A stretch of 64,000 nucleotides of DNA from Vicugna vicugna (Eukaryota): contig MU058290.1 in assembly GCA_013265495.1 (NCBI GenBank), forward strand, positions 310,001-374,000, written 5' to 3'. The position numbers and the translations under genes are program-made. This document shows positions 38,151 through 49,767 of the stretch, one piece after another (the stretch's first letter is position 1; the number at the start of each line of letters is the position of its first letter). A model generated the notes under the pieces. It did not search any database. It had not been told where the DNA came from and saw only the letters and a program-made list of their open reading frames with translations.

Positions 38151-38924
38151 TCATGAGCTGGGATATAGCTTTTATACTTGATAGGCAACATGACACTTCC
38201 TTGTTTTAAATTTGCATTCCTTTATTTGTGACGTTGAGCGTCTTTTAATAAAAATAATTGTTAGCTACTTATAAATTTGATGTAGAATGTAAAGAGGCCA
38301 TCCAAGTCTGAGGAAACTATATTAAAGAAAAAAAATTAGGGGGATATGTTTAGGAAATGATATAGCACTTTGTACATCATATATTATGTGGCACATACTG
38401 TATTATGATTACTTGATTATATGGTTTGAACTCTTAAAGGACAGTCACTAATTTATATTTATCTTTGAGTTCTAGACATTATTATATACATCTGTGAGTG
38501 TTAGACATTGCCTGACTTGATAACAAATGGCTGGCCAGATAGATGGTGAGTTAGGAATACAAGATAGATTAACATAGAGGGTGTTGATGCCTTGTATGCA
38601 GAATACTAATGATTATGAAACTTTAATGTATTGGCTTCTAAAGCCAATAGAACAGGACTTCTGCTCTGGTGGTTGCTTCTCTTGTAGGTCAGCTTGATCT
38701 TTAGCCTTTCAGACAGACAGACAGTGGAAATTATGCTATTCTTCATCAGAATATGGGGCATGGAGGTCAGAATTAGGGAACAGGAGGATGGAATGTATCA
38801 TTCATGGTTCAGTCAGAGGACCAGAACCTTTATGAGTTATGGGATAAGGGATTATACAAATTAGACCTTAAGGAGTTGTCAGAAGAGCTGGAGAAGTGAA
38901 AGTTAGGAGTCACCAGCCAGTCAA

Positions 38925-39390
38925 TTTAGATTCCACATATAAGTGATATCATACGGTATTTTTCTTTCTCTTTCCGGCTTACTTCACTTAGCATGACAAT
39001 CTCCAGGTCCATCTGTGTTGCTGCAAATGGCATTATTTTATTTTTTTTATGGCTGGGTAAGTATTCCATTGTATAAATATACCACAACTTCTTTATCCAA
39101 TCATCTGTCAGTGGACATTTAGGTTGTTTCCATGTCTTGGCTATTGTAAATAGTGCTTCTGTAAATACTGGAGTGCATATATCTTTTCAAATTAAAGTTC
39201 CCTCTGGATATATGCTCAGGAGTGGGATTGCTGGACCACATGGTAAGTCTATTTTTATTTTTTGAGGAAACTCCATACTGTTTTCTATAATGGTTATACC
39301 AAACTACATTCCCACCAGCAATGTAGGAAGGTTCCCTTTTTTCCACATCCTCTCCAGAATTTATCGTTTGTGGACTTTTTAATGATGGCC
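38925..39390 (-). mobile_element. Relatively young L1 ORF2-end/3'UTR fragment
   Basis: tttagattccacatataagtgatatcatacggtatttttctttctct...tttttgaggaaactccatactgttttc. Confidence 0.85.
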
Positions 39391-41119
39391 GCCTTCATTC
39401 TTTCTAATATTGATCCTTCGTGCTGAAGTGCTAGCTAATTTTTCTATTCTCTCAAAATATTTGAACAGAAATGCTGTGGGGTTTTTTTTTTTTTTTTCCC
39501 CAAATGAAATTGTGTTGTTAGGATTACTCTACCTGTAAGCCAGAATCACATTTTCAACTTCCCTATCACTTGCTTGGTTCTCAGCACTCTCAGCTCCTGG
39601 CAGATTGCACAGAGCACGCAATCATGGGAAAATTCTCATGGAAAGTTGTACGTGTTTATGTATATGTAGATGGTGGTGATGGAATAGGGAATACGTGAGA
39701 AGATACAAGAGAAAGAAAACTGTTCTGTCCTTTTTACCTAGGGTGGGAGGCAGCATTATATGTCGGAAAGACAACTGGATTGCGGTTTTCTGTTCCCTAA
39801 TTGTAACTTTCTTTTTCATTTAATTTCAGGAAGTTATAAACATAGTAGTGTAAAATTGTAAAGTAACCAAAAAAGTAAGAGGAAAGAAACCTTCATTTCC
39901 ACTTCTGACCCCTAGTTCCTTTGTTGTAGTAACCACTCCATTTTCTTCGAGAGATACTCTATTCTATGATACGAGCATATCACTTAAAATATACAAATAA
40001 TACTGCCTGTATGATCTTAGGCAGATCTCTTGAACTTCACTATTAACTTTTAAAAATTCCTAGATGGAAATGCTAATACATACCCGAGAAAACCCACAGG
40101 GATTTTGTGACAATCAAGGAAGCAGATATTTTCCAAGTACAGGCTGGAGGGGAGGGTGGTGATGGAAATAACATTGTTCTACGCAAAGGACAATGAGTCA
40201 CATGTGATCTGACTTGACAAGCGCAGTTCCAAACTGGAAGCAAGGCTGCTGTGCCAGCAGCACCCTGTCTAACTACTGGGCATGCTTCCCTGCCTATAGG
40301 TCCTGCCCCTCACATGGCATGGTCTTGGTGTGTTCTGCATGGCTAATCAAGAAACACCACTCGTGCCTAATTGTCAGGTGTGTATTCACTTGGGATAAGA
40401 AGTGGAAGCTTGCCAGAGTGTGGGACATCTCTGCCTCCCTTCCTCACCCCTCCCTCTTTTGCTCCCTCTTCATGTTTAGGGAGCTGGCTGACGCAATAGT
40501 TTGAATCACGGTCCCTTGGTGCTGTGGATCCATCTACTTTTAATTGGTAGTTGCTGGAATCATTTCTCCCTCCCTCATCCTGGCTTTCTTTTCTAATTGG
40601 CTCTCAGGGGCCTCCAACTCCTGCTTTAATCAACCAAAGCAGAGCTACTGCAGAATCTTAAACTGGTGCCTGGGGACTCTGGGTTTTTCTGTTATGACTT
40701 TGTTTCTTCAAGTTTATTTTCTAAACTGTTAAAACAACTATGACTTTGGATTAGGCCTGGGGGGATAGGGATCCTTTGGGTATTGCTTTCCCCAAGGCAG
40801 CTTAAACAGTGCCAGCCTCTTCTAGACTCTGCCAACTACTGTTTTGGCCTGAAGCTTTTTGTTCCTGCTAGCAGGGAGGGAAAAGATTATTTCTCATTGA
40901 AGTGTCCAAAATGGGCTTGGTGAATGACGGGAGTAGGTGAAAAAACTGATCATTTAAGGAATGTGAGCCTTGACAATTTGGTCCACAGTCTGTTCCTCTA
41001 CAGCAAAAACTTTGTGGAAAACTTTTTTTGTCTGCCTCTGTTTGTCACTGCCCAAAGGAGAATAAAGACTAGTTGTACAGTTTTTGACAATAATCATTGG
41101 GTTACATATATTAAAAGTA

Positions 41120-42170
41120 TTTTTAAAATAGACTTCCATTTTTTAGAGCAGTTTTGGGTTCCCAGCAAACTGAGTGGAAAGGATAGGGAGTTCCAAATTA
41201 CCGTTTGCCCTCACACGTGCATGCCTCCCTGTCAACATCCTACATCAGAAGGGTGCATTTGTTATAGTCAATGAACACACACTGACACATCATTATCACC
41301 GAAAGTCCTCAGATTACATCAGGGTTCACTCTTGATATTGTGCATTATGTAGCTTTTGACAAGTGTACAGAGTCATGTATCTACCACCTACCCCAGTATA
41401 ATAAAAACAGTCCTTACACCCTAAAAGTTCCCCTGTGCAGTCCCTTTGTAGTCTACCACTTCTCTCCCCCTCACCCTTGGCAATCACTAATATATATATT
41501 TTTGGTCCCTATAGTGTTGCCTTTTCTAGAATATTATATGCATGGAATCATACAATATGTAGCCTTTTGGGTCGTTCTTCTTGCACTTTCTATGCATTAA
41601 GATCATCCATGTTGCTGCATGATTCAATAGCTCATTCCTTTTTATCACTGAATAATGTTCCATTGTATGGATGTACCAGTTTATCCATTCCCTTGTTGAA
41701 GGACACCTTAGTTGCTTCCAGCTTTTACTGTCTATAAATAAAACTGCTATAAACATTTTTACACAGATTTTCGTATTGACATAAGCTTTCAAATCACTTG
41801 GGTAAATACTAAGGTGTATGATTGCTGGGTATATGGTAAATGTACAATTTATGAGAAACTGTCTTCCAAAGTGGCATAGCCACTTTCACCTTAATGAATG
41901 AAAGTTTCTGTTATCCCACATTCTTGTCAACACCTGTTATTGTCAGTGTTTTGGATTTTAGTCATTTTAATAGGTGTGTGATGGTAACTCATGGTTTTAG
42001 TTTGCATTTCTTTAATTACATGTGATGTTGAGCATCTTTTCATGCGTTTATTTATCATTCATACATTTTCTTGAGTGAAGTGTCTATTCAGATCTTTTGC
42101 TCATTTTAAATTGGGCTGTTTGTTTTCTTAATACTGAATTTTGAGGTTTTAAGAAAAGTTAATAGCTGAT
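41120..42170 (-). mobile_element. L1MB-like 3' fragment
   Basis: ttttttagagcagttttgggttcccagcaaactgagtggaaag...; same family as the 11390 and 56170 copies. Confidence 0.8.
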
Positions 42171-42599
42171 ACATCTTCAAAGTGAGAATCATTCCCATTT
42201 TTTCCATTGTTACATCATCTCATAAATTCATGACATTTGCCCCCAATATCCCAGCTAGCTCAACAGCCTGGAACTCTTATCTCTGCCATCATTGACTAGT
42301 GAGACTTCTGTCCCTTGTGTGGGCTCCACCTTCCTTTAATAGCTCATAAAATGTTCCAATAGAAAGCCTGGCTGAATGTGGGGCTTATGTGCTTCCCTTT
42401 TCTAAATAATTTTATTCCTGCTTTGGTTGCTGTTCAATGCTTGCAGGCAATTGTTTTTTATATTGTGCCTAAATTTTATAGTTTTTTTTTTTAATGGTGG
42501 GAAGGTTAATCTGATAATGCCTATTTGATCATAGCCAGGACAAGAATGCCTCAGCTTTAAGTTCCAGAAACTCACTTTCACCAAATCATATAAGTAGTT

Positions 42600-43400
42600 A
42601 GCCTAAAGTTAAAATAAAGTACCCAAATTTGCAACTATGAAGTAAATGCCTAAATTTGGGTTTACTGCTAAAGGGGCTTTTCTTGTCATTACAGCTGCAT
42701 CTTCAGAATATACATACTCCATATTTAAACCCCAAACACATGTGATGACAATGTCATCCTTCATAGTTATAGTCTGTTTAGAGCTAATTGTTTTGTCAGG
42801 AATGAAGCTGAAGAAGAGAATTCCTCTTATTACCATCATGTTCAAGCTGCACCCATACACAAATAATTTTAGCAGTAGCTGTGTATCCATCAAGTTGCAT
42901 GTAAAATAATTTGCTAACTATATTTATTCTATGACCTAGTGCTTTAATATGCTGAGCTGTGGAGCCACTGAAAAATGATAGTTGAGCTAGCTTTGCCATG
43001 GATTCATTCAAGATTTGCTAGCAAGCATCTTTGATATAGTCTTTCTGTAATGACTCAGCAATTGTATATATTCTTTGTTTTAGCAACTCAAAATGCTTTT
43101 TTATGAGAAGATTTCAGAGCATTGATGTTCAATGGAATATTGAACATTTACTTTTTTCTCCTTTTTAATTCAATAACATTTCTTTAAAACTCTTTGGTTT
43201 TGAACTTACTTCTTTATGTTTTGTATATAAAAATGCTTAAGTTTTCATAGTTTCACTGGCTAATATATCTCTGCAAATAACACATTGCAGTTTTAGCATC
43301 TCATGGTCAATTATAGCTATACATATAATTCAAAATATATGAGGGTTCATACTTCTAAGTAAACTAGTATGGACTCAGTTTATTTCTTGGGAACCACTTC
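42600..43400 (-). mobile_element. hAT/Charlie transposase fossil
   Basis: Minus-strand translation fragments QLDGYTATAKIICVWVQLEHDG and WGLNMEYVYSEDAAVMTRK resemble Charlie/Buster motifs LQLDESTD..LLVFVRY and GL.W...TDGAAAMTG; disrupted by stops and frameshifts. Confidence 0.6.
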
Positions 43401-44354
43401 CATTGTTATCATTGGATTTACTACTATAGCTGCAATCAGAAAGGATATGTCTTTTCTTGAAAAAGACTCCATAAAGCTTGTTTTGCCTTAGACAAATTAG
43501 AGCTAAATATAATATAAATTATATTTCCTAAATTTAACTTATAATATTAAACTATACATTAAAATTTAAATTATTGTATAAGTAAGATATAAAAATGAAT
43601 GTGTATGTGTGTGTTTCCTCTATTTTTACATACTTTGGGTTATAGTTTACAGGCAAACCTTAAAATATCACCTGTTTAAATGTGGTTTCACTGTGCATGA
43701 CCTGTATGTACAGCTAGTACTGTAACACCCAGTCTTTACGCTGTTCAGGGAGATGAGTCTGCTGATCATGTACAACAGTGCTGAACTGCTATAATAGTTT
43801 CTAAAGCTCCCTCTCAGTTTCTCTTCTTTTCTTGTTGTGGACCATACTTTGAAAGCACTGTTCTAGATCAGGTCACCATTACATCTTCTCTAGATCACTG
43901 CAATACCCTTATAACTGGTCCCCTTTCTTCAATTTTTATTTTCCTGCCACCTCCCATGTACCCTCAGACTCTGACTGGGTCGTGTGCTCCTTCCATAAGC
44001 TCTGGCAGCATCCTGTGTTTACTCCAGGACAGTGCTTCATGCACACTACATTGAGTGGGCTGTTCACTCATCCGTTTCCTTCTACAGGGTAAGTGCTATG
44101 AGAACTGTCATATTATCAAGGGAAAAATGAGTACAGGCAAACTTAGATTCACTGGTCTTAGCTTTGAAGCGACTTACATGAGGACACATAGCTGGTTGGT
44201 GGTAGGACTGGGATTGGAATGCCCATGGTCTGATTGTCTGTCCACTGCCTGTCCCAACAAATTACACTTCCTGAGTTCTTGTGTGGAGAAAGATTAAATC
44301 GTTTCGAATATACCAAGGTCCAAAAGTGGACAAATACACTTTAGAAAGCTTTTA

Positions 44355-44494
44355 TTATTTAAAAAAAATTTTTTTGTGGGGGGGAGGTAATCAGGTTTGT
44401 TTGTTTGTTTGTTTTAATGGAGGTACTGGGGATTGAACCCAGGACCTCGTGCAAGCTAAACATGCACTCTACCACTAAGCTAACCCCTCCCCTC
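44355..44494 (-). mobile_element. tRNA-Ala-derived SINE (Vic-1-like)
   Basis: Reverse strand ttagcttagtggtagagtgcatgtttagcttgcacgaggtcctgggttcaatccccagtacctcca plus tail; target duplication ttagaaagctttta/ttagaaaggtttta. Confidence 0.9.
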
Positions 44495-44643
44495 CTTAGA
44501 AAGGTTTTAATACTCAATATCAAAAGGATTTTCTGGTCAGTCTTCAGTTAACTAGATGATTCAGTTGATCAGTATCCTTTCACACTATGTCTGGGTGGGT
44601 TGATGTTTTTTGTTTTCTATTTAGGCATATGATGGAAGCACAA

Positions 44644-44662
44644 TGACCAGCAGAGGGCAGCA
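44644..44662 (+). promoter_or_regulatory. Strong CTCF motif
   Basis: TGACCAGCAGAGGGCAGCA fits CCASYAGRKGGCRS; lies in non-repeat-looking sequence between TTC5 and the OR cluster. Confidence 0.65.
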
Positions 44663-45319
44663 GAACACAAATGGCTAGGTAAGACCATGGAAAAAGGAAA
44701 AATTTGTAGGGCTAAGCTTAGAGGGTTTAGGAAACAAAAGTGGAGAAATGACAAAGAGGAATAAGTGAGAACTCTCATTGTGATGGGTTTTATCTTCCTC
44801 CGTAGTTTTCCATCCTCAAACTGTACGATCGGTATCTAATAAATATCTCTTAGGACTCAACACAAAAGGGTGAAAAATATTAATGTTCCACAAATTCATC
44901 CTTTGAAAACCTCAGCAGTAATTTGATGTCAGTTACTCCTTTTCTTGGGAACATTTGAGAGGAGGTGTGGAGACGGAGGTGCTAGGATTTATTGAAACAG
45001 AGGCGGCGGCAAGTTTGGGTGTCATGGATACCTGTGGTCACGAGGGGACGTTACCTAGGGTTTTTGCTCTCCTCTTCCTTCTTATCAGCCTTTCTCTCTG
45101 CTCCTCAGAATTTACATACCTAAATTCCTCTGTCTGGTATTCAACACCTTCATAATATGGGTCCTCTCAACCTACTCTATTTGTTTTACATCACTTCCCA
45201 AAATGAACCCTCAGCTCTGGTCAGGGGAGTCACTCAACTATTCCACCGACCATCACCTCCACACCTTTGCTTATAGGCTGTTCTTTAAACCTGGAGAGCC
45301 TCACCTCATGTTAGGCTGT

Positions 45320-45475
45320 GCAACTTGAGAAAGATACTTAACACAGATTCTTTGGGTCTTACTTTGTAAAATGGGTATATAATGTATCTTGTAACAGTCA
45401 CAGGGATTAAATGAGACAGTGATGTAAGGACCACAGCACAGTAAAAGACACACAGGAGGTTCTCAGCACACGAGT
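45320..45475 (+). mobile_element. MIR SINE
   Basis: gctgtgcaacttgagaaagatacttaa...tgtaaaatgggtatataat...gattaaatgagacagtgatgtaag. Confidence 0.6.
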
Positions 45476-45729
45476 GTTCCCCTCTCCCTCCTATCTTCAA
45501 GCCACAGGTCAACCACAACTTCCCTCTCCAATGAATTTCTGTCTGTAGCATACACTAGTATCTCCCCTTCCTAAGCTCTTGTGGCACTTAATGTTAAATT
45601 CAAGGGAGGAAAATTAACATCATACCAATCTCACCTCTCATATCAGCAGACAAATGAGAAAGCATGGTAAGATCTAGTGCTGGGGAGGCTGTGGGAAAAT
45701 GAGCACTCTTGTACAAATTTTTTTAGCAA

Positions 45730-46303
45730 AATATCATTCACATAGCATAAAATTCACCCCTTTAAAGTGTAGATAGTTTTTAGTATATTCACAATGTTGT
45801 GCAACCATCACCACTATCTGACTCTAGCATATCATCATCACTCCCCAAATCAGCTGAGTACCCATTAGCAGTCATTCTCCACTCTTCCCTCTGCCTAGTC
45901 TTTGGCAACTGCTAATCTACCTTCTGTCTCTACAGATTTGCTTATTCTGGACATTTTATATAAATGGAATCCTACCATACATGGCCTTCTGTGTCTAGCT
46001 TGTTTTACTTTACATTATACAATGTTTTCAAAGTTTGTGTTGTAGCAAGTACCATACTTAACTCATTTTATGGCTGAATAATATTCCATTGTATGTATAT
46101 ACCACATTTTGTTGTCTATCAGTTGGTGGAGATTTAGGTTGTTTTACTTTTTGGCTATTACAAAAAATGCTACTATGAACATTCATATTCATGTTTTGTA
46201 TGAATATGTTTTTAATTCTCTTGGGTTTATACCTATGAATGAACTTGCTGGGTCATATGATAACTCTATGTTTAACTATTTGAGAAACTGCCAAATTGTT
46301 TTC
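45730..46303 (-). mobile_element. L1MB/MA-like 3' fragment
   Basis: cacatagcataaaattcacccctttaaagtgta...ctatgtttaactatttgagaaactgccaaattgttttc. Confidence 0.8.
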
Positions 46304-46560
46304 TTTCTTTTCTTTTTTTACTTTTCTCCTTCCTCCCTCCCTCTTTCTTTCTTTCATCCCTCCCTGACTTCTTTCTCTTTCCTTCCTTCTTTCCTTCCTT
46401 CTCTATACCCTTCCTTCTTTTTTCTTTCTCTCTCTTTTCTTTTCCTTCCTTTCTTTCTTTCTTTCTCTTTTCTTTTTTCTTTTCTTTCTTTCTTTTTCTT
46501 TCTTTCCTTTCCTTTCTTTCTCCTTCCTTCCCTTCCTACCTTCCTTCCTTCCTTCCTTTC
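46299..46560 (+). repeat. (TTTC/TTCC)n polypyrimidine microsatellite
   Basis: About 260 nt almost entirely C/T. Confidence 0.95.
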
Positions 46561-46874
46561 ATTTCACTGCAATTTGACTTTTTCATTTACCTTAGGGTAC
46601 AGTAGCTAAGTGACTGCAGTTGAGAGTTCATGTTTGGAAGTGATGTAAAAAACATATTATGAAGACTTTTGAATATCGGACATAGGAATTTAGACATGTT
46701 GACTATCAGGACCAGGACTGGTGGGGATGAGAGTGAAGATAAGAAATACATCATCTTTATACACATGTTCATTGCTGGACTTTGTTACAATTACATATTA
46801 TTTTTATAAGTAAAAAAATTGAGATGAAAGTATTTAACAGGGATTTTGAGCTCTTACTCTATGCTAGGTATTGT

Positions 46875-47397
46875 GCTACTGTTGATTCCCAGTAATGCAA
46901 AGATCTTCAGGAACACACCTGTGGTTGAACAAAGATGGCTTTATTGGCTTTTACAGAGAGAGAGAACATATGCCATGAGGAACATGGGGCATCTCAGTAG
47001 AAAGATGTTAGGAGGGATTTATTATATGATTTGGGCTTATGTTAGTGGACTTTGGGGAGAATTTAAGGGAGGGGAAGTTTTCTCTGGATGCTGTCAGAAA
47101 TGGAAGAAAATTCTGTGATTGAGTATCTAGAAGGCACTTGGGCTAAAGCTTTACTTGGTGAAGAGACAGCAGTCACTCATATTAGCCTAAAGAGGGCGAT
47201 TTGGGGTCTTTTTTGTGGTTGGGACAATGTTCTTGATTTTGTCTGGCTCCAATATGATTATAGAATGGTCTTGTTTTGTCATGATCCATCATGCTCACAT
47301 AGTCACCTTGTCTAATGCTGGCGTTCTGTGAACTTGTTCATGTTCAACAGGACTACACCATGGCTTGGTTCAGTGCCAGGCCAGCTCCTGGCAACAC
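46875..47397 (-). mobile_element. Solo LTR (ERVL, MER68/MER21-like)
   Basis: tgtggttgaacaaagatggctttatt (AATAAA on -) and terminus ccagctcctggcaaca (TG on -); family uncertain. Confidence 0.5.
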
Positions 47398-48217
47398 CAA
47401 GACCTGACTGATAGGACAGGTCAGATCCCAGGTGCCAGGGGCTGCTTTCGTCTCTGTCACTGTGTGATGGGGATCCAGAAATGAGAAAGGCAGTTCCTGT
47501 CCTCAAGGAGCTCTCTTAAGGGGAAGCACATGTAAATAAATAAATTACCTTACAATGTGGTACATGTAATACAGAAGTGTTAAAAGCAACTACAACAAAT
47601 TATTACTTAGCATGTATTCAAGTTTCATTTCAAACTTGCCACAAAGGAACTACGTCTCTAAGTAAATTTGTTGAGTTTCTTCTGGTTGAGAGTTTTTTTT
47701 CTCTCTCTTTTAATAGAGAGAAAGTGTGTTTAGATAAGATTGTTAGACTAGGTGTAAAAAAAAAGTGTCTCTTAGAGATTATAGAAAGGTCTCATGGTTT
47801 GTTAAAAGTCACTGCACCATTATGTACGTTAAATCTATACATGAAACATGTGCAGTCTTTTTGTATATCAGTTATACCTAAATAAAAATGTTTTTACAAA
47901 GCCACTGTAACCATTTGGTAAAGGACATTAGACTTGTCCTAGAACTGATGATAAATCTTTCAGGAAAGTCTAGTTTCCCTCATATAGCAATCCCATTTTA
48001 TCATTCTAACAAGGAAAGCCTTTAAGAAAAGTTTACTGCATGTTGAAGTCCGGTGAATTAAGGTTTTAGTAGTCAGCATAGGTATTTAAGCTGGGCAATT
48101 TCAGGAAAAAAAAAATGGCCTCTAACTACTCAGAGTGTGGACTAAAAGGCCACTGAAAGGACTTAACACATCTAACTTATTTTTCATTAGAACTGGGAAG
48201 GATGGAACATCTTTGGC

Positions 48218-49162
48218 TCATGAATTTTGACTAATTCTCCTTCCAAACAGGACATTTCTCAGGGCAAGTTTCATGTCCTTATTACGAAGACTATAGATCA
48301 GGGGATTAAAAAGAGGAGTCATGACTGAATATATCAGTGTGAGGATTTTCTGCATCAAAGTTGAGATGCCATATGTAGGACTCACGTACATTACCATGAC
48401 TGTCCCATAGAAAAGAGATACCACAGCTAAATGAGATCCACAAGTGGAAAAGGCCTTTCTCCGGCCAGCAGCAGAAGGGACCTGAAAAACAGCTCTGAGC
48501 AACAGGGTATAGGATCGAAGAATGTACATAATAGTGAAAAAGAGGACAAGGGAACTCTGAGTATAGAAAATAGATTCAGTAATGGGAGCTGGTGCACAGG
48601 ACAGAGCCATCAGTGGGTCCATATCACACAGGAAGTGATCAATGATGTTGGGTCCACAGAAGGGGAGTTGGGAGATGAAAAAAATGGGGATTGGGTAGCC
48701 AAGGAATCCAATGAGCCAGCAGAGAGACACCAGCATTCTACAGAGCTTCCCAGTCATGATGGTGAAGTAGTGCAGTGGGTGGCAGATGGCCTGGTACCGA
48801 TCATAAGCCATTACTGCCAAGAAGAGACATTCAGCTGTGCCCAGGGAAAAGAAGAAATAGAACTGGAGGAAGCAGCCAGAAAATGAGATGGTCTTGGTTT
48901 TGGAGAGAATGTTGGCTAGCATATTAGGAACAGTGGAGGAAACATACCAGATCTCAAGAAAGGCAAAGTTTCCCAGTAGAAAGTACATGGGAGTGTGTAG
49001 TCGTGGGTCCCATCTCACTGCACAGATAATGGCTCCATTTCCCAGCAAGGTCAAGGCATAAACCATCACCAACAGTGAGAAGAGAAAAATCTGTATCTCC
49101 CAGCACCCAGGGAATCCCAGGAGAACAAACTCCGTCACAATGTATGTTGCTGACCTATTCAT
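48218..49162 (-). CDS. OR11H4: Olfactory receptor 11H4 orthologue (314 aa from MNRS; ORF extends to an upstream ATG at 49192)
   Basis: Intact single-exon 7TM ORF with LHTPMYFLL, MAYDRY.AIC, KAFSTCGSHL and PLFNPLIYSLRN; closely matches human OR11H4 as I recall it; syntenic position next to TTC5. Confidence 0.93.
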   Translation of the reverse strand: MNRSATYIVTEFVLLGFPGCWEIQIFLFSLLVMVYALTLLGNGAIICAVRWDPRLHTPMYFLLGNFAFLEIWYVSSTVPNMLANILSKTKTISFSGCFLQFYFFFSLGTAECLFLAVMAYDRYQAICHPLHYFTIMTGKLCRMLVSLCWLIGFLGYPIPIFFISQLPFCGPNIIDHFLCDMDPLMALSCAPAPITESIFYTQSSLVLFFTIMYILRSYTLLLRAVFQVPSAAGRRKAFSTCGSHLAVVSLFYGTVMVMYVSPTYGISTLMQKILTLIYSVMTPLFNPLIYSLRNKDMKLALRNVLFGRRISQNS

Positions 49163-49626
49163 GGCTCTTAAATCTACAAAGAAGAAAGACATGAGTGTAA
49201 CCCAAGTTGCTTTGCTTCCTGCATGTCTGAAGGATTTTACTGAAAGGAAACCTAAACTCTACAGGAAAATGTATGAGATATTTTGAAACCAGTTGGGAAT
49301 AAATCCCACCTTACTTTGTACTGATGGTGGTTCTAAGTCTCAGGATTATTTTGCTAGAGTCCACTGCAGCAAGATCTGTATCAGTTTGTACAACCAGTGG
49401 TACAAATTTTTCTTTTAAATTTTGATCTTTAAGAGGACCTTCTCTGATTTTGGTCTGTTTTTCTAAAGTTGATTATGGGTCTTCATGCACAAACTCATCC
49501 ACTTTCTCTTGTTCAGTTTATTTTGTTAAAAAAGTGACGTATGTTTTGAGGACAGCTGGTGTGAGGTTGAGCTAAAAACGGCAACAGAACAGACTCAGTT
49601 GACTTGCACATGGAGATAAAACTTAC

Positions 49627-49767
49627 CTCAGGACACTGGCTTTTCAGAATAGTCTAATCAACTGAATTAATTGTCACAGACATCACTACACTCAAGACTC
49701 CAGGCTGTTCCTAATTTCCCTTTAGAGATTTTCTTTTGAAATATCACTCTAACCAGCTGAGTGATAC
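49627..49767 (-). other. OR11H4: Candidate non-coding 5' exon of OR11H4
   Basis: Minus-strand donor ctgag|gtaagt at 49627/49626 and acceptor tgtgtatattgtttag| at 49768; coding-exon acceptor tctttcttctttgtag| at 49174; a further donor ctg|gtgagt at 50588/50587. Confidence 0.4.

Noticed and set aside
48431..48886. 151-aa ORF antisense to OR11H4
   Set aside because: Shadow ORF of the OR coding strand; no independent support.
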